Positions 38,042 through 50,247 of a stretch of DNA of 64,000 bases are shown here, one piece after another. Where the stretch lies: NCBI GenBank assembly GCA_028534125.1, contig CM052817.1, positions 101,186,001 to 101,250,000 of the forward strand, given 5' to 3'. Under the pieces are notes generated by a model. The model was not told the origin of the DNA, ran no database searches, and saw nothing but the letters and a program-made list of their open reading frames with translations. Made by a program: the position numbers and the translations under genes. The DNA comes from Lama glama. Its lineage: Eukaryota. Within the stretch, counting starts at the first letter, position 1. Each line of letters opens with the position of its first letter.

Positions 38042-38660
38042 CTTTTTTTTATTGAAGTATAGTCTGTTACAATGTGTCAATTTCTCTTGTACAGCATAAT
38101 GTCCCAGTCATGCATATACATATATACATATATTTGTTTTCGTAAAAGGTTATAATAAGATATTGAATATAGTTTCCTGTGCTATACAGAAGAAATTTGT
38201 TTTTAATCTATTTTTATATAGTGGTTGACATTTGCAAATCTCAAACTACCAGCTTTATTCCTTCCCACCCCCTTTCCCTGGTAACCATAAAATTATTTAC
38301 TATGTCTGTGAATCTGTTTCTTTTGTAGATGAGTTTCATCAGTGTTCTCTTTTTTCTTTTTAGATTCCACATATGAGTGATATCATATGGTATTCTTCTT
38401 TCTCTTTCTGGCTTATTTCACTTAGAATGACAGTCTCCAGGACCATCCACGTTGCCTCAAATGGCATTATTTTATTCTTCTTTATGGCTGAGTAATATTC
38501 CATTATATAAATATACCACAACGTCTTTATCTAGTCATCTGTTGATGAACGTTTATGTTGCTTCCATGTCTTGGCTATTGTAAATAGTGCTGCTATGAGC
38601 ATTGAGGTGCATGTATCTTTTCGAATTAGAGCTCCCTCTGGATATATGCCCAGAAGTGGG
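38042..38660 (-). mobile_element. Young L1 3' fragment
   Basis: TSD GAAATCAGCA on both sides; same 3' UTR as the 1698-2325 copy. Confidence 0.95.
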
Positions 38661-39904
38661 GAAATCAGCAATTTTTAGCAGCTGCTATTTTTGCTTCACA
38701 TAGGCTCTGGGTCGACAGGCAAAACCAGAGTGGTTGAACAGGTATGAGGCTCCCCTCTATTGGCTGTGAAAGGCCTCCCAGAGCCATGGCCATACTGTCT
38801 TTAGTCCTTTTGCTAGCTCCTCTGTTCTCCAGTGAAAAAAGCAGCACCTGTGATTAAAGATTTCACTATCAAGAAGGAAAAGAGAGTTTTGAAGTTAGAA
38901 TGTGGAAAACAGCTTCAAGCAAGGGGAACAAAATAGGATCCAGGAGTTTGGTGGGATTCTGGTTGCCAAAACCCAGAAATATGTTTCTTGAAGGAGCAAA
39001 AGTCACATCAGCCCGAATTGAGCTGCCGAGGCCTCAGGCTGGAGTGAAGATGCTCTGCCCTGGTATAATCTTCCTCTCTCCTAACAACTGCGTTAAACAA
39101 ATGATTGATTCTCCCACTGGAATCCTAGATGAACACATTCCACCCCATCAGCCTCTGCCACTAGCTTCAAAGGACCAGGATGTAAGGTGGGGGCGCTGTG
39201 AGGTGCCTTTGAGGGTCTGACTTCAAACCACCGTGCAGCCTCAGGACTGTGGCCCAGGAATGGGCTATATGCAAGACTGCTCCCATCCCTGCTCCTTTTA
39301 GTCCTGGGACCAACCTGCAAAGTGCACGTACTTTGGAATCAGCCTTCCTTTATGTCTGTCCTTCCAGCCATTGCCCAGGCTGTTAAATATACCAATCATC
39401 GCCTCCCCTCCAGCGCCTGGAACAGCAAGTTCCGCCCCTTTCTGGCTTGATAATGACAGGTTGCCTGTGGAGCATCCTGGCCCATGTGCTGTCAACCAGG
39501 GTTACACAAGCAGCTTGTATTTTTCCTTGAAGTAGATGATCTGGTTTCCTCTCTATTCTAGAACCTTCCTGTTGGCTCTTTTTAGTAAGTTCACTCTTAA
39601 CAGAAGATCTATTTAAGTGCATCCAGGGACAGAGAGAAGGTAAAACTCCTTCAGTCAGTCCACTTTTTTTGAACTTCTTCATGATGGAGGTGGGAAAATT
39701 GATTAAGGGGAAATTTCATACTGTTGGCTGAAATGCAGATATATAGGTATGACTGTTCAATTCATCTCTGTCTTGCACAAAGATTCTTATACGAGAGTCA
39801 TAAGAATATTAATAAAGTTCAATTATGCAGTGCCATAAGCTATAATTGGATTTAAAGAAAAACAGCAATTCCATTGGAAATTTTATTTTATTTTAAAGTA
39901 AATT

Positions 39905-39985
39905 ATTCTCTAAGCCAGAAAGAAAGAAAAATGCCTTATGATATCACTTATGGGTGGAATCTAAAGAAAAGGACACAAATGAACT
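39905..39985 (+). mobile_element. Short internal L1 3' UTR fragment
   Basis: TAAGCCAGAAAG...ATGATATCACTTATGGGTGGAATCTAAAGAAAAGGACACAAATGAACT. Confidence 0.8.
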
Positions 39986-40839
39986 ACTTTTATTTATAAC
40001 TTAGATGACTGATTTCTTAAATATGTGTTAGCACATTTGACTGTCCTTTATGATTGGATTACCGCATCCTGTTGATTCTTATTTTGTGGTTGGCTTTATT
40101 TCTTTGATAACTATGCAAGTTTAAAAAGCTAAAGCTCTAAACTGTTCTTAGAAACAATGAACAGTACATATATGTGCAGTATATTGTATACATGTATTTA
40201 CATGCAATATAGTGTATATTAGGTAAAATTGATATAATTTTACCTAATTAAAATGTGTAATTAAAAATTTATTTTTTAACTTTTAAACGTATATACGCAT
40301 TAAAGTGTATAACATGTGTTGTATACAGCTGAAAAATAATACTAGAATGAAACATGCTTGTATATTCCTCCCCAGGTTAAGGCATAAAACATGATCAGAC
40401 CCTTGAAGCTTGGCAGGTGCCCCTCTCCAGTGAATTCCCTGCATTCCTTCCTCCCACAGAGGTCTTCCTTCTGAAATTTTGGTGTTAAACCATTCCTCGA
40501 TTTTCTTTATATGTTGCCACTTACATGTGAATCAGGCTCTTTCGTATTTTATTATAGAGTCTCATGACAGAGGTTACTGGCATCTAGGACCCAACTGCCA
40601 AACTTCCTGAGTTCTCATCTCGCTTGTCACGTGCCAGTTGCACGACACTGGGAAAGTGATTTATCTTCTCTCTGCCTCGGTTTCCTTATCTGTGAAATCA
40701 GAGGAGTTCCCCCCATAAAGGGTTGTTGTGAGAAGTAAATACAGTTAGGTTGCAAGCCTTTATAACAGGACCTGATATATCATAAAAATTATGATGATGT
40801 CATTGTTTACATTAGGCTGACATCGACCTTCCTGTAGAT

Positions 40840-41120
40840 CAGTGCTTCTCAGTTATCTGCGGTAAGGACCAATCCACTGTGGATAATTTTGTAAAATATA
40901 ATAACATGGAATAACTGAAAGATAAAATTTAAAAAACTCCAAACATATAAAATTCGAACTCCAATTTTTTATTTTGAGTCAACAGAAATAAAATTACTAT
41001 GTCAAACTGCTTAAGTGTTTTTAAATGATTGCTTGCAATTGCTGCACTTACTTGTCATGAACCAGTAGCAGACAGCTTGTGGACAGCCACCAGCTCACAG
41101 ACACAGTCCAAGCTGCTCTG
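40840..41120. mobile_element. MER119/Charlie-like hAT MITE
   Basis: CAGTGCTTCTCAG start, GCTGCTCTG end; flanks CTGTAGAT / GTCCAGAT. Confidence 0.6.
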
Positions 41121-41795
41121 GTCCAGATTTCTGCACACTGGTTTCTGCCTCGTCCTGCAAGAGGCCCATTCCTTTTTCAGGAAGCAAAGTTTGGCAGTCT
41201 TTTGTCGGGTGGTCCTCAGAATGTTGTTTATTTTATAAACACTTGCTAGAAATAAAAATGACTTTAAAATAAACATACTTAATAAGTGCTGATTATCACA
41301 AAAAAAGTAGATTACTCTCATCATTATATAGTGGTAAGCCAAAAAGCAAATTATCCTTCTAATGCATAGTTTTATATATATATTGGGCAACCAAAACGCA
41401 GAAAATTTTCAGTTAAATCTATGAAATAATTACTCTGTTTCTCCCACTAAATGTGAAAAAATAACAAAGCACATGGCAATTTTAAAAACTAGTTCCTACC
41501 ATCATGTTTAAAAGAAAGATTTACACGAACAAAATCAGATAAAAAGCATCACAAAGAAAGTGTTAGGTGGAGTGCCAGACTGACTAATCAAATGTGAGAA
41601 GTGATACAGTCTGTTCTGTGCCAGGGCTGGAGGGGGGACACTGATGCCTGTGGGTATAATCCGGTGCCCTGTGATGGCTCCAGCGCCTTGAGCAATGGTC
41701 TAGAAAGGTAAGCAGAGAAGGTGGAGGTATTTTTCACCTAAAGGCGAACAACTTAAGCAGTGGCTCAAAAGGCATGGATTTGGCAACTCACTTTT

Positions 41796-41926
41796 GGCAG
41801 GGGGGAGGGGTAATTAGGTTTACTTATTTATTGTTATTTTTTTTATTTAATGGAGGTACTGGGGATTGAACCCAGGATCTCATGCACGCTAAGCATGCGC
41901 TCTACCACTGAGCTATACCCTCCCCA
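41796..41926 (-). mobile_element. tRNA-Ala-derived SINE, long-tail form
   Basis: TSD TGGCAACTCACT / TGACAACTCACT; near-intact tRNA head. Confidence 0.95.
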
Positions 41927-42629
41927 CTGACAACTCACTCTTGATGGTTAATGGAGAGGAAGAAAGAGGCTTTCTCTCTGGAGGTAGGTGATTGGGGTTT
42001 GTATTCCAAAGGTGTACAACCTTGAGAATTTGCACAACACCCAGAGTCTTAGTTTCTTCTTCTGTGAGTGGGGACAACCATTGCACTATTGTAAGGAATA
42101 AAGAGAATTGATGTAAAGGGTCCAGATGGTTCGTGGCACCCAGATGGTTAACTCATGCTGCGTATTTGCGAGAAATATGTAATATGTGACTCAACCCCAT
42201 TTCCATATCAGAATGAAGACTTTGAACTTGTTCCCAAGACAATATGGAGCCACTGTAGAATCTTTAGGAAAAGAAAGCTTTCTTGTACCACATACATAGA
42301 AGGCCACTGAATTTTTACAAATTCCTGTATGACCATTTGAATCTCTACTTGGATTTTTTTCCCCTCTTTTTTGTGTTTGTAATTCAAACCCTAGTACTTG
42401 AACAAGTTAATCAGAATTCAAATGTACTCCTCTAAATATATGAGAAGTCTCCTCCCAAGATGGCTTGTCAGTAAACCGTGTGATCTATGGCCACCATCGT
42501 ATTGGCCTCCAGACTTTCTGGAGAAGTAATAGTAGCTTGGAATTTAATGATGTGAAAAGCTGTGACTGCCAGTTACTTCTGTAATAAATGAGCCTCGTGA
42601 AAATTCAATACCTAAACACTTTTACTAGT

Positions 42630-42775
42630 GGGGAGAGTATAGCTCAAGTGGTAGAGCACATACTTAGCGTGCACAGGGTCCTGGGTTCAATCCCCAGTGC
42701 CTCCCCTAAAAATAAATAAACCTAATTGCTTCCTCCCCACAACATAAAAAAAATTAAAAACAATAATAAATAAAA
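42630..42775 (+). mobile_element. tRNA-Ala-derived SINE, long-tail form
   Basis: GGGGAGAGTATAGCTCAAGTGGTAGAGC head; AAACCTAATT tail. Confidence 0.92.
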
Positions 42776-44505
42776 TTTTTTAAAAATTTTAATTAAATAT
42801 ATAGGATTCCCTAATTTCCACTAGTATTTTATTCTTCTTGGACACTTCCCGACAAGTCTTTATTTTTAGCTCTATTAAGTAAGTTACGATTTTACTATGC
42901 TTTTCGTTGGGCAATAAGGAATATGTTTCGATAGAGTAATATCTCTATTTTACAACTTTCCACAATTGTTTGGTGCAATTTTTAGAATATAAGTCAGTTG
43001 CAGTCTTCACACTGTGGTTTTGAAAGAGGTTTTATAACCCCTCTGAGCAAATGTTTCTTTGAAATTTTTTCCCTACTCCTCTCCTCCCTCCTGTCCTTAA
43101 TTCTTTTGAGTTCATCTTTGTTACACATAATCTTGATGCAAAATAAACTGTGTTATCTGACACTTCCCCTTCAGCAAGGTACTAGGAATAAGCATTTCTG
43201 AGATAATCCAGCAAAAATCACTGATCTCATTAGCTTCCCCAGAGGAAAACAAATCAGTCTTCTGAGGTAGCATAAGGATTTTTAGAAGATGATTATTTTC
43301 CAGGCTTTATTTTTAAAGGCAGGAGGGGAGGGCTGGGGGCTAGCTCTCTGCCTCACAAACAATAAAGCCTTCCATTTCCTGTTCTTTCATTTATTTCTGT
43401 GTTTCCCCAGGAGGGAGAGGGAGACCAGGCCAGTGTGAATTAACTCTTCCCTGGCCAGATTCTTTGGACATCCATTCACCGTCCATTCTGTAGTAACAGA
43501 TTTTGTTGTACTTTGAACTAAAATAGGACCTCTGTTCTAAAAGCTCAATACAAAATTTTGAAATGAGGACTACGATCCTTCCTCTGTACAGAAGCACTAT
43601 GCAATCTAATGTTTATAACCAACCCCTGCTGCTTTCACAAGCAGAGTGTTGGATCAACAAGACATCAACGCTCCATGTTAAGAAATAGCCTCCTTGGATT
43701 ATTAGCACATGTGCAACCGAGCAGCCCCGTCCTTGTCCCTGCGCATGCGCGATTGCATTGCATCGCAACAGGAACCCGGTGTTAAGGTATTATTGTCCTC
43801 ATTTTAGAAGGCCAGAGAAGTTGGATACGTTCTCCAAGGTCATCAGCTACCAAGGAGCAGACACAAGAGTTTGACTCAGACCTGCCTGTCTGACTTTCCA
43901 GGACACTACTTACACTATGATGCTCAGCAGAATCCCTTGGAATATTCTGTTCTCCAGGTTGGGTTTCATTAGAGCTCTCTAATTAGTGAATGCTTCCCTC
44001 TCAAAGACCTCTCACAAGAAGACCAGCACACTTGCTAGTTTTCTTTGAATCATCTAGTTCTCATAAGCCAACCACTTCAAGGCAGGTCCAACAAGCTTCC
44101 TGGAGGACTGTATACTGGGCAGTATTCCAAGGTGGCAAACTATGCTTAAGACCCACTCAGAAGTGTAAGTAAAGGTAGCTGCCTGGACTACCAGCAGATA
44201 AATGCACTGTGTCGTCTGCAGCTGACTTGTTAGGGAGTGGGGAGTTGCAGCATTTCACTGGAACCTTCCATCTACTGGAAAAAAGAGATAAGGCAAGACT
44301 GGAAAAACCAAGTGCTCAAGTAAACTTGGTCAGCCTGATGGAAAAGCCTGATGATGCCTCAAGCTCCTAAATGAAATTCAAGTGCACGTTCTCTTAGCAG
44401 CCAACTTTGCCAGCTTACTCTCACTGTAGTTTTAACTCTTTATCCTGCCACTTAGATTATTGCTTGGCACACAGTATATGTTAAATAAATACTTGCTTGA
44501 ATGAG

Positions 44506-44932
44506 TGTATCCATCGGGGTTCTCCAGAGAACACAACTAATAGGGTATTTATTTGTTTGTTTACTTGTTTGTTGGAATTGGCTCATGTGATTAAGGAGGT
44601 TGGTAAATCCAGTCTATAGTGTGGGACGGCAAGCGGGAAACCCAAGGAGAACCAGTGTTCCAGCTCAAAAGCCATCAGGCAGGAAGAGTTATTGCAGATG
44701 AAGTTGAAAGGCAGTCTGCTGGTGAAATCTCTTTTACTCAGGAGAGGGTCCATCTTTTTGTTCTATTCAGTCCTTCAGCTGATTGGATGAGGCCCACCCA
44801 TATCGTGGAGGGCAGTTAAAATGCTAATCTCATCCAAAAACACCCATTGCAGAAACACTCAGAATAATGTTTGACCAGATGTCTGGGCACCCTGTAGCCC
44901 AGTCGAGTTCACACATAAAATTAATCATCACA
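44506..44932 (-). mobile_element. MLT2-type solo LTR inserted at an L2 3' end
   Basis: TGTAT...GGGTTCTCCAGAGAA ... ATAAAATTAATCATCACA; 5-bp TSD ATGAG/GTGAG. Confidence 0.88.
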
Positions 44933-45476
44933 GTGAGTGAAGGAGTAAATGAGATACAGCAGTTTCTGGAGTGTGGCAGAGCAAGTGGGATGTCGGCCAT
45001 TGATCTCTGTCATTGTATGCTTCAGTTAAAATGACATCTTGCTAATAAGAAGGACTCTTTTTCCCATGAGGGAGCTCCAACAGACCACAGAGTTTGAAAC
45101 CATGATGCCACTCTAGGGGAGTCTTCCTTTGGCCACTCATGCCCAAGTGATCAGTTACCACTGGATCAAGTGAATTAAAAGGGTTGACGCATGCACCATG
45201 CTCTCCAGAACTGAGGGGTAAGATTTTTTTTGAAGTCAGAATGTCAGAATCCTAAACACGTGTAAGAACCCAGCTTTTCCAAGACTTAATGGAAAAACTA
45301 AACTTTATGTACTCAAGTATACATAGCCATATTTAAGAATACTTTGTTTAGTTGATTTAATGCAGTTAGGTGATTACTGTAAATTTCTGAAATTTGCAGA
45401 TTACTGATTCTCTAAAATCACAACTCATGTCATGTACTCTGGGATCAGGTTTCTAGATTTTCATATTAAAAATGTA

Positions 45477-46487
45477 GCATATATTCATTTTCATGTTCTT
45501 TTTCATTAAAGGTTATTATAAGATTGAATATAGTTCCCTGTGCTATACAGAAGAAATTTATTTTTCATCTATTTTTATATATAGTGATAAACATTTACAA
45601 TTCTCATACTCCCAGATTTATCCCTTCCCACCCCCTTTCCCCTGTTAGCCATAAGATTGTTTACTATGTCTGCAGGTCTGTTTCTGTTTTGTAGATGAGG
45701 TCATTGGTGCCCTCTTTTTTCTTTTTTTCTTTTTTCAGATACCACATACAAGTGATATCATATGGTATTTTTCTTTCTCTTTCTGGCTTATTTCACTTAG
45801 AATGACAATCTCCAGGACCATCCATGTTGCCTCAAATGGCATTATTTTATTCTTTTTTATGGCTGAGTAGTATTCCATTGTATAAATATACCACATCTTC
45901 TTTATTCAGTCATCTGTCAATGGACATTTAGGTTGCTTCCATGTCTTGGCTATTGTATATAGTGCTTCTGTGAACATTGGGGTCCATGTATCTTTTCAAA
46001 TCAGAATTCTTTCCAGATGTATGCCTAACACTGGGATTGCTGGATCATATGGTAAGTCTATTTTCAGCTTTCTGAGGAATCGCCATACTGTTTTCCATAA
46101 TGGCTGCACCAAACTACATTCCCACCAGCAGTGTAGGAGGACTCCCTTTTCTCCACACTCTCTTCAGCATTTATCATTTGTGGATTTTTTAATGATGATC
46201 ATTCTGAGTGGTGTGAGGTGGTACCTCATTGTAGTTTTGATTTGCATTTCTCATAATTAGCAATACTGAGCATTTTTTCATGTGCCTATTGGCTATTTGT
46301 GTGTCTTCACTGGAGAATTGCTTGTTTAGGTCTTCTGCCCATTTTTGGATTGGGTTGTGTATTTTTTCTTATTAAGTTGTATGAGCTGTTTATATATTCT
46401 GGAAATGAAACCTTTGTCAGTCACATCATTTGCAAATATTTTCTCCCATTCTGAAGGTTGTTATTTTATTTTGTTTATGGTTTCCAT
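45477..46487 (-). mobile_element. Young L1 3' fragment
   Basis: Antisense ORF2 C-terminus and 3' UTR, similar to the other copies in the window. Confidence 0.95.
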
Positions 46488-46531
46488 TCTTTGTTTCATG
46501 TTTCTAAAAATTATCTTCTTGCTGATATTTC

Positions 46532-46660
46532 TTTTTTTGCCGGAGGGGGGGTGCTCTTAGGTTTGTTTATTTCTTTATTTTTAATGGAGGTGCTGGGGAT
46601 TGAACCCAGGACCTCATGCCCGCTAGGCATGCGCTCTACCACTGAGCTGTACTTACCCCT
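46532..46660 (-). mobile_element. tRNA-Ala-derived SINE, long-tail form
   Basis: TGGAGGTGCTGGGGATTGAACCCAGGACC...CTACCACTGAGCT. Confidence 0.92.
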
Positions 46661-46679
46661 CTGTTGTTTCTTTTTAATT

Positions 46680-48430
46680 ATTTCTTTTCTTTATTCAAAC
46701 AAGTGATACATTAACAGAATTCACAATTCAAAAGAAAAAAGGGTAAAAACAATGAAAAGTCTCCTTCTCACCTTGGTCCCCAGCATCCCTAATTCCTTCC
46801 CTGGAGGCAATCAATATCCCCAGCCTCATGTATTTTTCCTGGGATTCCCTGCACATACGTACATTACTGTTTACTGATCGATTTTATGTTGTATCTATTG
46901 ACTCTTAGTCACAGGAGATGAGAATTTCGCTTTCCCTCCTACACTCTGTTTTCTCCCTTTCCTTCCCTGCGACTTAGTCAGAGGACATGTCTTGATTAAA
47001 TCATAGTTTACATTAGTACGACTATATAAATGCTGTCACTGCTGAGCCCCATAGTTTATATACTGCATTATGTTTTACCCAGAGCTAATAAACACTTCAT
47101 TTTTTCATTAGGTTTTCATTGGGCCTATTGTTAGCATTTTTTTCAACTGTCCCAACAGATGTGTCACATGGCCTCTGTTCTACTCCAGTTTGGACGGCTT
47201 TTTTTTTTTAATTTTGTTTTGCTTTGTTTTTCCTCCACTCCCAGTGTGCTATTGTTTGGGGACTTACTTTTATCATTGTCCTGTGTTGAATTCTCTTTTC
47301 CTGGACCCCAGTGTCTTTTCCTTTCTTCATTTGATTCTGTTTTTCTGAAATACATCCTCCAGTAGTTTTTTTAAGATAGGGTACATGCAAGGTGATTTTT
47401 GAGTCCCTATATATCTGAAAATGTCTTTATTCCACCCACACACTCTATAGTTTGGCTGCGTATAGAATCCCTAGCTGAAAATAATTTTTCCTAGAATTTT
47501 GAAGCCTACTCCACTGCCTTCTCATCTCTGCCATTCCCTTTCTCTGTCTCCTTCAGTGTTTTTTCTCCCTATGTATTCTGATTTGCCACGATCTGAGTGT
47601 CTTTTCATTAATTATTTTGCTTAGTTGGCCCTTTTTAAATATGGAAATTCATGCCTTTTATTTCTGAAAAAAAAAATGCACTCTATTTTCACTTTACTAA
47701 TGTTTCCCCTTTTATTTCTTCCTGTTTTCTCTCCTGGAACTCTGGTTAGTTGAACAATATACCACTTGAATTGATCTTCTAATTTTCTTACCTTTTATGC
47801 TATTGAGAACTTTGCTTTTCAAATTTTTGATTTCTAAGGTGTCACTCTGTTTTTCTAGTTTTTAAAAAATATCTTGTCATTTCATAGACATAATAGGTTC
47901 TTTTTGGCTCTGAAGATGCACAGCGAATTTTTTAAAACCATTCTTCTACTTCCTGTATTGTTTCTGTGGCCTCTGAGTTTCTTTTCTTGATGTGTTTGTT
48001 TCAGGCTATTCTCAAGTGTCTGGAGACCTCTGATCTCTGTCCACTCATAGTTAAGAGTGAGGCTACAAAACATTTGGTTGCTGTCTTTGTGTAATAGAAT
48101 TGCTGGGTTTGGCAACTGGTAGAAGACCTCCTTTGAAGAATGATCTGGCCATGCGCCTAGCTTTCCTTTGGGAGCCCCCACAAGGCTGTGTTGGAAGGAT
48201 TTTTCTTTAATGGGGACATTTAGTTTCTTTTAAGACTAAGAAGTCCTAAGAATACGTCTGCTTTGGGTAGATATAACTATTTCCACCATTCTGGGAGCAT
48301 GAAAAGGAACAGAATCTGGAATGCCGACCATTCAGGGCACAGACTTCACTTTAACCTCCAGCGTTCAGTTTGATGTGCTTTGACCTTCCAGGAGTGTGTC
48401 TGGTGACCTCAGATTAAATTCTCTTCTTGA
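46680..48430 (-). mobile_element. Ancient L1M/HAL1 remnants
   Basis: T-rich; TCTGAAAATGTCTTTATT...GTTTGGCTGCGTATAGAATCC is an antisense ORF1 motif. Confidence 0.55.
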
Positions 48431-49184
48431 ATAATTACTTAGCTTTTTACATGACCACAAAGCTGGGTGTGTGCGGTGGCATCAGACATTTAGTAATATC
48501 AAGAATTTGGACTCTGCCGCCAGAATGTCTGGGTTAAATCTTGCTTCCACCAGTTACTAGCTGCGTGATCTCAGTTGAGTTCCCTAAGCCCTGTAGTTCG
48601 TGATTCCCTGCTAAAGGTAAACAGTACAATCCCCTGGGAGGAAAGGAGCACATTTAGATTTTATTTCTCATTAAACTGGGCTATTAATATTGTATTTTTA
48701 AAAACGGTTTCTCTTATAACGCACAACCAAGCCAATGAAAGCACAAAAGAACACAATGGCCCACGTGGCCTTTCTGCAAAGATGATACGGGGTTTCCTAC
48801 TGAAGTAATTCATTGTTCACAGAATTTGGCAGAAAGAAAAGGAAAAAGTCTCAAAACAAATAGGCCGTTGAGAAATACACCATGACACGAGGATGACGCA
48901 ATGGCAGATTGCAACATGGAAAGAAGTCCTGAATGACAATTTTGTGTTACAAAAGGATGGAGAGAGTCCAACAAAATGGCAGGGAAACAGTGTTTATTTT
49001 GAAATCTTATTAGGGTTTTCATGTTTGGACTCTCTAACAAGTTATTTGTTTCCAGTTCACCACCACACACCCGGACTTCGAATCAGCATGGGATATTTCT
49101 CAGCTCCTGAACTCCCTTTGCTTTGGGGGAAGTATGACTATGGGATGCAGAGTCTGACACCTCCCACAGTGAGAATGGAGGGTG

Positions 49185-49962
49185 TGTAAGAACCCGGAGG
49201 AAAGCACAGTAGAAGAGCGGTGCAGACAGACTTTGGTCAAACCTTCAAAACACAAGTCAGGGAGAAGGAGCCAGGCCTGGGGGTTCTGTCCCCCAGCAGG
49301 CCCTAGGCTTGAGGGGTTTGTTGAAAGTGGTCCTAAGTCCCTCGACCTGGAATTTCTCTTCTGCAGATTTTCTGGTTCAAATCCATAGCAAACTGCAGGG
49401 CCACCTGGTACCTCCCGAGGCCCCCAACCTTCCAGCCCTTAGGCATCTGCCTGTTCCTGATGGGCGTTTGTCTTAGCACAGTTAACGGCCCTGGGAAATG
49501 ACTAACCTCACCGTAGCTCAGGCTGACTTGTCTCAGCCCAGGTCTCCTCCTTATCGGAGTCGTAAATTCCACTACCTTGTTTGTGTCAGCTCATGTCTCC
49601 ATCTTACTAGAGTCGTAAATCCACTATCCTCCTATATGCCAAAGCCCCCTACCTCACTCACAGCCAATCAAAACTCTGTTGCCCCATCCCTTTGTGTTCA
49701 CAGCCCCTTCCCCAGTAAAAGACCCTGCACATTCACATTGGGTGGCTGCACTGGCACCTCTTCCCTGGGTGGCCTGCTAGAGCAGCATAACTATTAAACT
49801 TTTCCTTTGTTCTCTGCACCGGAGGACACACAGGCACTTGTGTGGCCCACTGTTGCCTGTAGCAGCATGCCTATTAAACTTTCCTTTGTTCTTAAACTTT
49901 CCCTTGCTTTCGGTAAATTCTTACCAACCCACGTCACCATCCCTGACAAGTGTCCCCCAACA
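49185..49962 (+). mobile_element. ERVL-type (MER74-like) LTR with internal tandem duplications
   Basis: CCAAT box, duplicated ATTAAACTTT(T)CCTTTGTTCT poly-A signal region, GGTAAATTCTTACCAACCC...CAACA end; 5' boundary uncertain. Confidence 0.6.
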
Positions 49963-50136
49963 CAAATGACAACATATGTAAGTGTTTGAATAACATTAAA
50001 TATGAAAATATGTAACTTTTAAGGTTCATTTGCCAATTTGCTTTCATTTACTTAATTCTTGATTTATCCATGATGATTAAAAAAAACAGGGAAAATATAA
50101 CCAGCTACTTATTTTATATATAAAGAAAACATTTTA

Positions 50137-50247
50137 TTTTTTTAAGAATTTTTGTTAGTTTGTTTTTGATAGAGGTATTAAGGATTGAACCCAGGACCTC
50201 ATGCGTGCTAAGCATGCACTCTACCACTGAGCTATTTCCCTACTCCT
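50137..50247 (-). mobile_element. tRNA-Ala-derived SINE
   Basis: TSD TAAAGAAAACATTTTA / TAAAGAAACCATTTTA. Confidence 0.92.
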
